A stretch of DNA of 62,929 nucleotides, filler included, from Octopus bimaculoides (Eukaryota): assembly GCF_001194135.2 (NCBI RefSeq). It is 8 parts of 8 records of this genome, joined end to end, with 100 filler letters (N's around TTAATTAATTAA, not from the genome) between each part and the next. Parts side by side here need not be neighbours in the genome. Positions count along the whole stretch, not along the records: positions 1 to 12,879 come from NC_068981.1; 7 more parts are not named here. One strand, 5' to 3'. This document shows positions 1 through 12,935 of the stretch, piece by piece; positions within the stretch are counted from its first letter, which is position 1, and every line of letters starts with the position of its first letter. Position numbers and translations under genes: made by a program. The notes beneath the pieces are model-generated. The model saw only the letters and a list, made by a program, of their open reading frames with translations, was not told the DNA's origin and did not search any database.

Positions 1-45
<45 letters not shown>

Positions 46-390
46 ATATGTACATACATATAAATAAATATAAATATCTATTCATATACACGCACACACA
101 CATACACACATATATACGTATACATATACATGCATACACATGTACATATATACATGTATACACGCATACACACGTACATACACATACACATACATTCATA
201 TATTAATATTATCAATATCAATTACATATATATTTGTGTGTATGTTTATATATACACACATATATACATACATGTACACACATACACACACATATATATG
301 TATGTGTGTGTGTATATATATACATATAGATACATGTGTATATATATTATGCACACACATACACGTGTGCATACACATACATATTAGTGA
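1..390. repeat. Mosaic (TA)n/(CA)n/(TACA)n microsatellite
   Basis: Directly visible dinucleotide and tetranucleotide runs. The window holds dozens of similar tracts (e.g. 4983-5130, 14020-14250, 19400-19700, 21200-21500, 38530-38640, 48740-49160) that are not listed separately. Confidence 0.97.
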
Positions 391-603
391 GTATCAAAGA
401 GTGTATGTATATTCAAAGGTTATTAAAAGGTTACTAAAAATATGTAAGGGTGGTTATTAATGTAAGGCAATGGGGGCAACAATGATTCAAGATGTAATGG
501 TTGTAGTCATTATTATTAGTTTAGTTAAGTAAATATTTGTGGGGAAGAGAATTATATTAGCGGAATTAAAGCTTCAAAGAGTTTACATAAATTCTTCAGT
601 GAG

Positions 604-732
604 AAACAGTTATTAATGTTATATATTATATTATATTATATAGTACAAACAGTTATTAATGTTATATATTATATTATATTATATAGTACAAACATTTATT
701 AATGTTATATATTATATTATATTATATAGTAC
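604..732. repeat. Tandem repeat, 3 x 43 bp (AAACAGTTATTAATGTTATATATTATATTATATTATATAGTAC)
   Basis: Units start at 604, 647 and 690; the third has one substitution (aaacattt). It lies just 3' of the minus-strand Penelope ORF end. Confidence 0.93.
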
Positions 733-769
733 AGTATATTCTATAGTTTAATTATATGTCTATTAATTA

Positions 770-2158
770 CTTAAATTTAGAGAACACATATTTTCCCGCA
801 TGAATACAAGAAATATTTTTCTCTTTTTGTAAGTTAAGAAGAGCATAATTAGAAATAAGTATTTTGAATGTTTCTTCTATGCATTTCTTGTTATTGTTTT
901 GTAAGCCGTTGCAGAAAGAAAAATATCCCATTTAATTTCAAATTCAGTGTTATTATCCTTCAACTCCCATATAAACTAACTTAATCCAGTGGAGTTAATT
1001 TTTTGTTTATTTTTAAAATTTTGGAAATGGTTTGGCACGCGGGTCATCGGTTGAATCAGTATAAAAATATTTTTTGCAGAGCATCAACTGTGCATTGATA
1101 GACTACATTTCTTCTCTTATATGAATTCTTAAACTTACAATTAGTTTTAACTTTGCATTCATAATTGTCATTAACATTTTTATGTGTGTATTTATGGGAA
1201 GAGTTGATACTAAGGGAAGAGTTGATACTATATAATCCCCATCACTGGGGATTATATAGTCGTTATAATTAAAGTTGGTGGTGTTTGAGAGATTTGGTTA
1301 AAGTTTAGGAGAATTAGTAGAATTGTTGTCATGGATGTTTCTATTGGTGTAGAATTTATTTAATTTTCTGTTGTTAATTGATAATATAATTGTAAATAAA
1401 TTAGGAGCTAGGCTAAAACCAGTCTGGACATTTTTGTGGGTTATTATTTCATTGTATCTATCATCAATGTTAAAATGTTTATGAATGACCCTGAATATGG
1501 ATTTAACAATATTATTTTTAATTTGCATTGCATATGGGATAATTAACCAAATCTTATTAGATTTTATTAGATAATTATTATCTATAGGCGTTTTATAATC
1601 AGTTTTAGATTTAGCTAATGAACCGGGTGTGTGATTTAATATCATTATTCAGAACATTGTGGATTAGCAGTGGTTCTGGAATTTGAGGTAATTATTTGTT
1701 AATTCGTATCATTATATTTATTATTTGTACTTTTATCATTATAGGGATAATAATTGTTAATTGATTGTTATTAATTATAGCTTTATAGGATAATTTAATA
1801 TTAGTTTTTTTCTTTGTGTTTACTATTGTGAGGTTGATTATTACTAATTTTGGGTTTGTTATCATTATCATTTGCTAGTTTATTAATAGGTGAATTACTA
1901 GTTCTACGTTTATTTTTACTTCTATTTCTAGCTATAGTGGGATTACAAACCTTATCAGTTTTATTTTTTGACTTGTAATTAGTTCTATAGTATTTATTAA
2001 TATTGTTTGGTCGATGGTATTTTATTTTGTCTCTATGTTCAGCGTTTGCTAAAGCTATGTTATAGTAATCCGCATGTTTATTAAATATTTCCTCATTAGA
2101 TGATGAATATGTTAGTCTCTTTCCAATGTTGAAGGCTAATGTGTTTTAATTGATCTTG
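770..2158 (-). mobile_element. Penelope-like element, 5'-truncated and decayed (RT thumb, linker, GIY-YIG endonuclease)
   Basis: Minus-strand translations: LAFNIGKRLTYSSSNEEIFNKHADYYNIALANA (~2145-2041); KIWLIIPY..KSIFRVIHKHF..KNVQTGFSLAPNL (ORF 1298-1645); RNVVYQCTVDA (~1113-1081); INSTGLS*FIWELKDNNTEFEIKWDI (~1000-925). These match the SSNEEIF, WFNPP..KHF..SYS..PN, VVY and LSKYIWELK blocks of PLE proteins. Stops and frameshifts are present. Confidence 0.85.
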
Positions 2159-3165
2159 GATGATTACTTTGGAATCTACAGACCTAAATAAATCCAAATT
2201 AGAGAAAACTAGAAAAAAAAACTACATAAATGCTTTACTAATTTTAACTTATCTATCTTCTTTGAAAACACTTACAAAAAAAGCTAACTTTCTGGATTTA
2301 AAATCTTCCTCCCTCTACCATAAACCTAATCAATACCTCAGATAAATTAACATAGATTCTAATCACCATAAATCTACCTTCGATAGTGTAATCAAAAGCA
2401 TATCAATCCGGATATCTCATCTCTTGGCCTCGAAGGAAATCTTCAGTAACCACGCTACATACTATAATGAGGCACTAACTGCTAGAGGCTTCTCCCAGCA
2501 AATTAAATTTATGGCAAACACTAGGCTTAAAAAAACACACCGCTAAACTCAGCTCCGAGGGGGCACGCCCCACTACTAGATAAGTAAACTAACGAAACCC
2601 CCGCTAGAAACTTGAAGGACTTCGAGTGAGACACTTTCGTCAGCCCTTATAACACTCGACCGAAACTGAGATAAACAACAATGAAGTCTCCAACTCACCT
2701 CCAGCAAATACTATAGATTATGCTTCGCTATATTGCCTAACAAAAGTGGGGGTAGGGTTTACATCCCCATTCGTCTTAAACGTTAAGGGCTCAGCCAAAA
2801 CATTCTTTCAAATGGTAGACTCTAACTTTCCACGTCACATAAATACTATTCAACCTTTAATAGATCTACCATAAAATTATCTTACTCCTCTCCGCCCAAT
2901 ATAGAATCTATTGTTACCTCTTCCAGTAAACGTAAACTTAATTCCTACTACCTAAATATATATAATCATAATATAGGTCAAGGCCACGAAAACATTAATA
3001 CCAATATTGATGGCATACACCATACCCGCAACCCTAGCACTACAACCAGAATTAACCAAGATATAAACATCCCCGTCTCCTATGAAGGTCGAAGTGTAGC
3101 TGAGGCGAATGTTGATAACAATATCACCACCACTAATACTAATATTAATAACTCTAATGCGACCG

Positions 3166-3263
<98 letters not shown>

Positions 3264-3350
3264 ACTAGTGTTACTGATAGTGATAATACCATTACTATTA
3301 CTAGTGACAATATGAACCAAATGTATATACATGCACACATACAAGCATAG
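2159..3350 (+). mobile_element. Penelope-like element fragment starting at the RT catalytic DD
   Basis: GAT GAT (DD) at 2159-2164 followed by YFGIY; then KANFLDL..YHKPNQYL..INIDSNHH; SISIRISHLLASKEIF..YYNEAL; after a frameshift near 2836, HKYYSTFNRSTIKLSYSSPPNIESIV, with the frame open to ~3350 through an N/T-rich linker. A very degraded GIY-YIG (CPSKSVVY at ~3841) may extend the element to ~4200. Confidence 0.8.
3165..3265 (+). repeat. (CTA)n/(CTG)n trinucleotide tract
   Basis: Directly visible. It reads as poly-Thr/Ala in the frame of the Penelope linker. Confidence 0.95.
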
Positions 3351-4980
3351 AGAAAATGACATGATCGGAGAAAATTTTCTGTAAATATTTGACTTGTTAT
3401 ATATATTTTATTGTTTTATACACCCTTTCTAGACTACTAACGGTGCAAGTTTTTATAGGCCGGAATCAATTCGAAAGCAATTGATTAGCTAAAAGTCTAG
3501 ATTGTTTTATAACTTGTAAAGCCAAAATACATTTGTAAACTTTAAAGCCGAAATAAAACCCGAGACGATTCATCTATTATGACCCTAAAAGGTATGGGTT
3601 TATAGCAAATACTATTATGTGTGTGTGTGTGTGTGTATGAGTGTGTGTGTGCGTGTCCGTGCGCGCGCGTCTGTGTTTGTGTGTATGTGTATAGACATAC
3701 ATAATAGGATATACTACTACTACTACTATTACTGCAACTACTATTTCTCAAAGAATCGTTTTAATAACGTATATACAATCGTTATTTTATTAAGAGATAA
3801 TATTGATAAGGAGGGCCCGAGAAAATAGAGTCTTCATTAGTGTCCCAGTAAGTCAGTGGTCTATATAACCAAGTGAATACACATATGAATTGAAAATACC
3901 GAATGTGATAGTTGAACAGATTGTTTTAAACATAAATAACAACTATAAGATCATGTCAAATATCCAGAAAGGAATTAGAGATTGTGTAACATTTCAAGAA
4001 AATATCAGTTCTTTAAATCCGTATGTATTGCTACTTTTTCTAAACCTTCGGTAAGGCACCATAAATTAAATTACTTGGATCATCATCTAAGTTCTTTAAG
4101 CTCATTAGAAAATCCTATCTTAGTAGTAAGCTTAACACTTGCATTAGTGTTATATACATGACCTAAAACTTAAACTAATTATAGAATGCCATGCATATTA
4201 CAGAGTCTTCAATACTTTCCGCAAAATATATAGAAACAACATCAGACTGAATAACATCGAAATATTAGATACCAATATGATATAGTTCACAACGTATAAA
4301 TATATAACTACGTAGATATTAAAACGTTGTTAGAAGACAGTGTAAAAACATTCCATTAAGTCTCGCACTATAACAGTTATGACAAAAATGTACACATTTT
4401 AACACATTAAACATTACTTGAATATTAGGTATAACTGTAAGCATCTTGGTTGATCTGAAGACGACAGAATAATCTATACGTGTTACTGTCAAGATGAATA
4501 AACGTGCTTGCAGTTCATTTTATAGAAGTGTAAAGATGTTAGTGGTGATGGTTGTGATAAGGTGAAGATAACAGTTGAAGAGATGTCAGAAATGCTGCTA
4601 ATAGTACATGCAACAGTAGTAGTGATAGAGATCATGATGGTCGTGATGGAAGTGATATTGTTAGTGGTGATTGTGAAAGTGATGATGATGGTTTTAGCAT
4701 GTTTAGTATTGAAGATACTGTTGGAGTAGTGGCGTTGATAGAATGGTAGCGGTGAGAGACGTGATGTCCATGATAGTAGAAGTGTTAAAAGTGGTAACAG
4801 CGTGGTAGCCTTAATATTGGTAGAGTCAAGTATTCAGTTAGCGGAATATTGATGCTGAAGAAAACTGTAGAGGAGAAAATGTAAAAGAAAGAAGATACTG
4901 GAAAAGTCAAACAAATATCTACTTCAATTACTTGTACTAGACACACTGATCGATGTTAAAGATTTCAAAGGGAATACAGA

Positions 4981-5023
<43 letters not shown>

Positions 5024-5093
5024 TATATGTACATATGTGTGTATATATGTATATAGGTGTGTATCTACCTATCTTTCTATTTATCTATCTATC

Positions 5094-5125
<32 letters not shown>

Positions 5126-6675
5126 TGTGTGTAATACTGTAAATGATAGTAAACTATGTTATAAGAGGATAGTGGTTGGTGAGGCTAATATTTGTATATA
5201 TGAGTGAATATCTGTGAATGTGCATTCGCAGTCCTTTGCGTCTCATCTGAAACACATGGAAATATATGTCTGTACATGTTTATGTCTTCCCGTGGTTATA
5301 AAATCTCTATGTGCATCAATTCAAAAGTTTGTTTGAGATTAAGTGTTAAGATATGTGCTTTAGTGAATAAATTTTATTGTATGTACGTACGTTTGTGTAT
5401 TCAAGTATTGTACGTCAGAATATGTGTTGACATGTGATTGTTTCACTGTGTTAGTATTCCAGTATGAGTATGTTAAGACCAGCGTTTGTGGGCTGGTGTT
5501 GATTTATTTCAATGCACGAGGAAACTGTCGAAGTGCATGAATATCTTCAGTTCTAATTTCGAGTATTTCAAGTAAAAGAATACCTACATTCTTGCGTGTT
5601 TTCATGTGTAAATGACTGTTTCATTACATGAATGGTCACATGCACTTGTACCTTCGAACGAACGAAACATACAAGTAAATGAGAGCGGACGAGCGGGTTT
5701 ATATATAGGATCCAAGGTAAACGGTACTGGTTTGCCTTGATAATAAATATGAAAAAAGTGAAATAGATACGTCGTGAGGAAGAGGAAATGTTTAACGTTT
5801 CGAGTAGTACATTTCATCGGAGAGAAATAATTTTTTACTTAGCTGAGACTATGTTCGTGATTACAACAAGGTTATTCTATTTTGTCAATTTCTCCTTAAA
5901 CCACACCTTACTCCTTAAAACAAGAACACGTTAAATAATGTCCCAAGATAAGATGAAATGGTTGCGAATGGAACGCTTTAAACATACATGTGCTTGATCA
6001 CAGCTCACGTGTGACCAGACTACAGATTGTAAGTGTTTTGATGTGTATGCATATAACCACGTATCGATTGCTTATACATATTATATCATAAGTATAACCA
6101 TCACTTGCAAGCGAGTATAACTTGGTAACATGTAATATTATTTCGTAAATTATTTTCATTGCTTATGTTGCAGCAAAATTACTTTCAGCCCTTTCATCCT
6201 GGACCACTCGGAATCTACAGGGTGTGACTGATTGAAGGAAAGATGTCTGCACCAGTATTGGGTTTATTCTCGTTTTCAGTACCTTACATGCTATAGAATA
6301 CTATATATACACATCTAATGGTGTACAAGTACACGCATCACGCATTTATGCAACAAACATTTTTTGTCTCTTGATCGATTTCATTATCATATCTAGTAGT
6401 AGACTGTCATTCGCTTTTACAGGTTAACTGAAGGTAGTATCTGTGTTTATTCATGTAGTATTGTAGCTTTTCGTTAACTGGATGCATCAATTAGTGCTTC
6501 CGTTATTATATCCAGGTTGATTGAAATGTTATTCTCCTGATACCAATGGAGGCTTCTGTAAACTTTTGGCTGTGTTGCTAAATTTTGTTTACAGCATGGT
6601 AACAACGAATGTTTTCTATTGAGCAAGCATATTTGTTGAAAATGCCGATTGCTTGTGTTAACTTTTTCAACTGAG

Positions 6676-6740
6676 AGCAAATAGCAGATAGCAAATAGCA
6701 GATAGCAAATAGCAGATAGCAAATAGCAGATAGCAAATAG
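6676..6740. repeat. Tandem repeat of 14 bp (AGCAAATAGCAGAT), ~4.6 copies
   Basis: Perfect units start at 6676, 6690, 6704 and 6718, with a partial copy at 6732. Confidence 0.93.
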
Positions 6741-6848
6741 ACACGCACGCACATACATACATACATACATACATACATATGTAGTTATAGAAGAAATCGT
6801 AACTACAAAACTCATTTCTCTTGGAGTTATAAATTGAATAATGATCTA

Positions 6849-7875
6849 GGATCTATTCCATCTCAATCACAGATTTTTTAATTAATTTTTTTAAACTAAA
6901 CAGTTTGAAACTTCGAATACTGCTAGAATTTCTCACGTAGAACACGGTTTACTCTGAACGTTTTTGACAAAATTTCGTATGTTAGAAGTTATTTCGTGTT
7001 AAAGTTGTCGTATTTGGGTTATTTCAGCCAATCAACGACGTGTATTCGGTTGAAGAAAACTACTGCTGTTTACGATAGTAATCGAAGTGGAACAACTTCC
7101 GGGTCATCTCTACTAAATGTCACCACTCTGTTCGAAGAATCAACGCCATCAAAGAATCAACACCAAGAAGGAAGAAATATTATTTACATATATTTATTCG
7201 TTTGCCCGACATCGGTGTTTTATCCACACAAAGCGCACCGGTGTTTAAAAAAACCTACTGAGCAACGAGTCCGTAGCTAGCTTTTTGTTGTTGACGTATA
7301 TGTAGTTTCAAAATGCCTTATTTTACAACTATGAGATGTATTGTTATTGTCATGATTTTATCGTATTATAATCAACAACAAACACATTTTGTCAATATAA
7401 AAGTCTTTATTAGATTAAAAATAACATTATCAAAAAATGAAGGTAAAACAAAACAAAGTGGCAGTGACAAATTCGCTCGCTGGTTGTTAGTTGTTACTGT
7501 AGAAGGGAGGGAAAGAGTAAGGAATGCACGGTGCTGACTAGAAAGGAAGAAAAGATAAAGGCAGCATCGTCTTCGCTCACCATACGAATAGAACACAGTG
7601 GTGACATTTAGTAGAGATGACCCGGAAGTTATTCCTCTTCGATTATTATCATAAACAGCAGTAGCTTTCTTCAACCGAATACACGTCGTTGATTGGTTGA
7701 AATTACCCAAATACGACAACTTTAACACGAAATAACTTCTAAAATAGGAAATTTTGTCAAAAACGTTCAGAGTAAACCGTGTTCTACGTGAGAAATTCTA
7801 ACAGTTTTCGAAGTTTCAAACTGTTTAGTTTCAAAAAATTAATTAAAATATCTGTGGTTGAGATGGAATAGCTCC
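6849..7875. mobile_element. Non-autonomous DNA transposon (fold-back MITE) with 285-bp TIRs and an 8-bp TSD ATGATCTA
   Basis: 6849-7133 is the near-exact reverse complement of 7591-7875. Termini are GGATCTATTCC and GGAATAGCTCC. ATGATCTA occurs at both 6841-6848 and 7876-7883. Confidence 0.92.
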
Positions 7876-8246
7876 ATGATCTATGTAACTGCTACGAAAA
7901 AGCTGTTGACTATATGAATCAATTTAAATCATATTGGGACGATCTGCATCCAGAATTAAATCATTTTACTGCGAAGCAACTACGCCAACATGCAACATTT
8001 GTAGAACATTGAAAAAAGGTTAGTAATTGTAATTTTATTTAAAAATCGAAATTAACCTTCTTCCCAACTCTATAAACAAAAAGCGAAAACGTGGGTGATA
8101 TAAGACCACCACGTAGTTTCGCAGCTAGCGACATTCCAATAGATTCCATAGTGCCTGCCAGCCAAACTACATTACTGGCTCAAGCAACTGACCACTGCCC
8201 CCCCCCCTCTACTACGACTATAGTAAAAAGCAAGTACAACCGCAAC

Positions 8247-8301
<55 letters not shown>

Positions 8302-8587
8302 CAGGGGAAATGTGCCCTTACTGAAATTTTCCGAGATAGAATAACTTTGGCTTTTAAGGACTCGCTCGAGGAGAGAGTACTCTCTACCAAAGTAAGTAAA
8401 AAAAAAAAAAAATCCCACCAGATACGGTGTTAACGAAATTGGTGATGAGTATTTACAACAGTGTGATGAACCCACATACTGACAGATTAGCGCCTGTCTA
8501 TATGCGCAGGCTACTGCTGTACAGTACAGGAATGATATTCAAAAAGTAAACAAAACCGAAATAACAAAGAAAGTACCATCATGGGTT

Positions 8588-9811
8588 TTGAAGACAGAGA
8601 AAAAGATAACTGGTCTACGGAAGACTATCAGTCATGTAATGACGCTTATTGCATGCAAGCAAGCAAATCACTACACGTCCCACCAACAAAAAGTAAAGAA
8701 GGAGATAGAAATGATGTTTGGAGACATCAAAAAGAGGACACTCACATGCAAACTGGTTACTCTCAAGCAAGAGCTAAAAGCCGTCAGTGAAAACCTTCGA
8801 CATGAGAAGAGAATAACCGAGAGAAGAACAATAAACAAAAAATTTAACCGCAACCAGGAAGCAGTATACAGAGACATGAGAGGAGGAACAGTAAATATCA
8901 CGGAAGCTCCTTCTCGAGAAGACATAGACTCCTTCTGGAGGAAAATCTGGAGTGAAGAGAAGGAATTTAACCAAGATGCTCTGTGGCTAGAAGAAATCGG
9001 AAAAAGTTATTGCTCCTGCGTTACATCCAAGGCATACAACATTGATGGTGAAACTCTTGCAATTGTGATCCAGAAACTCCAGAATGGAAAAGCACCTGGA
9101 AGATATTTGATTGTTGGATATTGGTACAAGAAGCTAACATTTTACCGACCATATCTTATCAATCTGTACCAGCAAGCTCTCATTGAGAACAGTAGCATAC
9201 CACACTGGTTAGCCCTGGCAGAGACAAAATTGATCTCCAAATGCAGAACCACACTAATGGCAAAAAACTACCGGCCAATTGCATGTCAGAACTTAATGTA
9301 TGAGATATATACAGCATGTTTAAACCTCTTCTTCCAGGACCATTGTGAAACCAATAACATTATCACAGCAGAACAAGCAGCTGGGAAGAAGGAAGTTTGG
9401 AGATGTGCCGAGCAATTGTTAATCAACAAAACTGTAATGTCAGAGTTGCGAGAGTACAGGAGGAACCTAGTGCCAATGTGGCTAGACTACAAGAAAGCCT
9501 TTGACTCTGTTCCCCACTCATGGATGCTAGAAGCCCTTAAAATTGCTAAAGTTCCAGTGAGAATAGTCAATGCCATAATCGACCTGGCTTCATCGTGGGC
9601 CACCATCTTGAAATTAAACACAAAGAGTGAATGTGTTATCACCGATAGAATGCAGTATCGCAAAGGCATATTCCAAGGAGACAGCCTCTTTGTGTTGTTG
9701 TTTATACTTTCTGTAAACCCCTTGTTATTCATGTTAAGGATGTCTGAAGGATATCTCACAAGGAAACAGAAATACCAATATTACACAGTTTCTTTGTGGA
9801 TAACTACTTAA
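8588..9811 (+). pseudogene. Reverse transcriptase ORF remnant of the R4/Dong element (407 aa)
   Basis: Longest ORF in the track that is not a gap artefact. RT motifs 0-B are present; it frameshifts at the catalytic motif (~9790). Confidence 0.88.
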
Positions 9812-11689
9812 AACTTTATGCAAAGAATATGCATGAGATGAAAAAGAGCTTTGACCTAGTTATAACATTCTCAAAGGATGTAGGGTTGGAGTTTGGTCAG
9901 GATAAATGTTGTTATAGGGTTGTGAAAAGGGGGAAAACCATAAACCAGACTAGTAACATCTCCATCAAAGATTTGACAGTTTCCCCTGTATCTGACGAGG
10001 AATGTTACAGGTATCTAGGGTAGATGAAAATATATCTTACAATGGCACCTGTAACAAAACACGCGTCACTAAAGAATATTACAGACGAATAAAGAAAATT
10101 TGGACCTCAGAACTCTTTGCATTGTGTTTGCAGTGCCAGTACTCATACCAATATTTGGGTTGCTTGATGAGATCCGAGCCATTGATGTGAAGACCCGAAA
10201 AATACTAACAAGCATACATAATATCCACATAAACTGTGACGTAAACCGCCTCTACCTAAAACGAAAACAAGGTGGCAGAGGCTTAACATCGATCCAAAAT
10301 GCCTTTGAATGTCGCATCATATCCCTTCGGCAACATCTTTTAACCACCAAGCGTCGAAGTGCATCTCTTGACCAAGTTTTCACACATTCGGCTGATAGCA
10401 TCATAAGACTTGAAAGGCAGTTCCTTTAGCAACACTCTTTGTCTGATAACCTAGAACATATGCCCAAAGAAGTCCCACGACTCTACCGCAACAGATCATC
10501 AGATGAAAGGATGGGCCTATATGAACAGAAGACATGGATATGTTAGTAGAAAGCTTCGTGATGATAGTAACATCGATCATCAAAGCGGTTTATTATGGAC
10601 CAAAAGCCGGATTACTACCTCCTACTTTGAAGGGTATGCGTTGGCGATCTAGGAACAGGAAATATCAACTAAGTACCTGATGCACAAAAGGGGTAATGAT
10701 ACAGGAAAAGCCGTAAAATGTGACAATCGATGCAGACTTTGTGGAGTTCACACTGAAGATATCACCCGCGTCGTAAGCAGTTGTCCGAAAATGTCATCAT
10801 GGTATTATCTACTGATGAGACATGACGTTGTGGCTAGGACATTCTATAATGAAATCCGTCGGAAGGATAATCTCGAGGATAAAGAAATAAAAATTCACAA
10901 TATGGTAGAAGCCATAGCCACTCATAATAAAAAAGAATACTGGTAGAATGTACCAGTGAAGACCACAATAAAATGTAAGTACGACAGACCTAATAGAATG
11001 ATTTAGGATAGAGAAGAGAAGCTGTGCACAATTGTGGAAATTCGCTGCTCAGCGGATGTTAACATAAAACTGAAGATCAGCGAAAAAGAGAACACCTATG
11101 CTGAACTATTGAGAAATCTGCAGTTATTTTATTCAGATTGCAAGGTCAGGTTTATACTTGTAATTATTGGGACCCTGTGATATGTAGCACACTATCTAAA
11201 TACCAATCTTGAGAAATTAGGCTTCTCAAAACCAAAAAGGAGAAAGCTAATTCGAAGACTACAGATCGAATCCATCACTAGAACTGTAAAAATCTGTAAA
11301 ATGTTCCAGAAGTTTATCATTTAAATATATATGAGCATGTCTAGATATGTAACTATATGCATGAGAATACATACATAAAACATAAAGATCTGAACATACA
11401 TACATAGAGACAGACAGACAGACAGACAGACATACAAACAAACAAAAATACCCTGTTGTTGATGTTGAAATTCCAATGAAGGAATCTTGAAATAAACAGA
11501 ATAATGACATACATATATACATACACACACATATATATACGTANNNNNNNNNNNNNNNNNNNNNNNNNNNNNNNNNNNNNNNNNNNNNNNNNNNNNNNNN
11601 NNNNNNNNNNNNNNNNNNNNNNNNNNNNNNNNNNNNNNNNNNNNNNNNNNNNNNNNNNNNNTATATATAGTTAAAAAAAAACGCAACAA

Positions 11690-12029
11690 ACGGAAATCAT
11701 CAAAACATAACAAGCAGGAAAAGGATGATAGCACAACAACAGCAAACAGGACAAAACAAGATACACGGATCATTCGCAGCCAATTGCTTCTTCAGTTGGA
11801 GTGTAGAATGTCCACGTAGTTTCGTCCAATCCACTCCGAAAGTACTCGAAACCAGTTGGGCCAAGGGCTTAAGCTAAAGGCATTAAGCCGCTGAGCAAAG
11901 CAAACGAATGTACATATAAAAACACAAGGAAACAACAAACAGAAAGGGTCTTTTGACTGTGAGACAGTGTAGTAAACTAGCGCAAAGAAATAGGAAATGG
12001 AAAAATCTTACTGACCAGGTGGCGAGAAA

Positions 12030-12075
<46 letters not shown>

Positions 12076-12870
12076 CAATACTAATATAATTTTATATATA
12101 TATATATAAATTAATAATAATATAATTATATGAAGGGTACAAGAGCGAGAACGACCTAACTCCAGCATGCTTGAAGTGCCGATACCTTAAAAAAAAACTA
12201 CCAAAATCTATAGATAAATATACACATTGCTGAAAGCGGGCTAATGAAAGAATATTAAAAAGACCTCATGTTAATTGTGAATTGTTTCCAACTTCTGGAT
12301 TAAAGCCATAAATAGGCTTTCTTCCTTCGTCAACACAATACACGGGAAATATAAATCCAAATAATTGTACATATCCTACAAAGCAAGTTCACACGTCTAC
12401 ATACAAATATTTGCACGTATAGATCCAAGATAAGTCAATTTTAAATCCCCTCACGCCAGCTGCGTGTATATTATAAGAATAATCAAGCAGTAAATGCTAT
12501 TTTGGTTAGGAGTGAAAATAATTAAAATTAAATTATTTTATTTTATTTATTGAATATAAGGATAAAAATCATGTTAATGAATTTTATCAGGTAGTCAGCA
12601 TGCTATAAAACTTTATAAGCATTTTATATATTAAATTAATAATAATATACATATGTATATAATTATATTAAGGGAGAAAGGGCGAGTTAACCTTAAATCT
12701 TCAGATAAATATACATATGGCTGAAAGCGAGCTAGTGAAAGAATATTAGAAAAACCTCACGTTAATTGTGAATTGGTTCCAAACCAATTTAATGTGTAAA
12801 TTGCCTATAAACTTTTATAACATGCTGACTATCTGATAAAGATCATTAACGTGATTTTTATCCTCATATA
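11690..12870. mobile_element. Probable Penelope-derived repeat remnants with internal direct and inverted duplications
   Basis: ~75-bp direct repeat (12215-12290 vs 12704-12782); ~85-bp inverted repeat (12530-12620 vs 12790-12875); a degenerate CTGAAGA/GAAAC cluster on the minus strand at ~11770-11830. The PLE assignment is inference. Confidence 0.35.
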
Positions 12871-12923
12871 TATAAATAANNNNNNNNNNNNNNNNNNNNN
12901 NNNNNNNNNNNNNNNNNNNNNNN

Positions 12924-12935
12924 TTAATTAATTAA
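12924..12935. other. Assembly gap pad TTAATTAATTAA between N runs (also 19745, 27446, 35045, 38025, 41282, 53639)
   Basis: The identical 12-mer, with stops in all six frames, is embedded in N runs seven times. Confidence 0.9.

Larger units (their letters stand above)
6780..11506 (+). mobile_element. R4/Dong-clade non-LTR retrotransposon (single ORF: RT, CCHC, restriction-like endonuclease), near full length and inactivated
   Basis: N-terminus WSYKLNNDL|CNCY..YWDDLHPE..TAKQLRQH (split by a MITE); KVPSWVLKTEKKITGLRK; RT motifs KAPG, KNYRPIAC, WLDYKKAFDSVPHSW, GIFQGDSL, FVDNYLKLYA; CRLCGVHTEDITRVVSSCPKM..RHD zinc knuckle; RP..DREEKLCTIVEIRC..EKENTY endonuclease; 3'UTR ending AATAAACAGAATAAT at ~11506. 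The 5' boundary is uncertain. Confidence 0.9.

Noticed and set aside
604-6740. 43-bp and 14-bp repeats as possible CRISPR arrays
   Set aside because: The units are directly tandem with no unique spacers, there are no cas genes, and the context is eukaryotic.
11063-11090. CTGAAGA..GAAA resembling a hammerhead core
   Set aside because: No stem II can form; it is coding sequence (LKISEK) of the R4 endonuclease.
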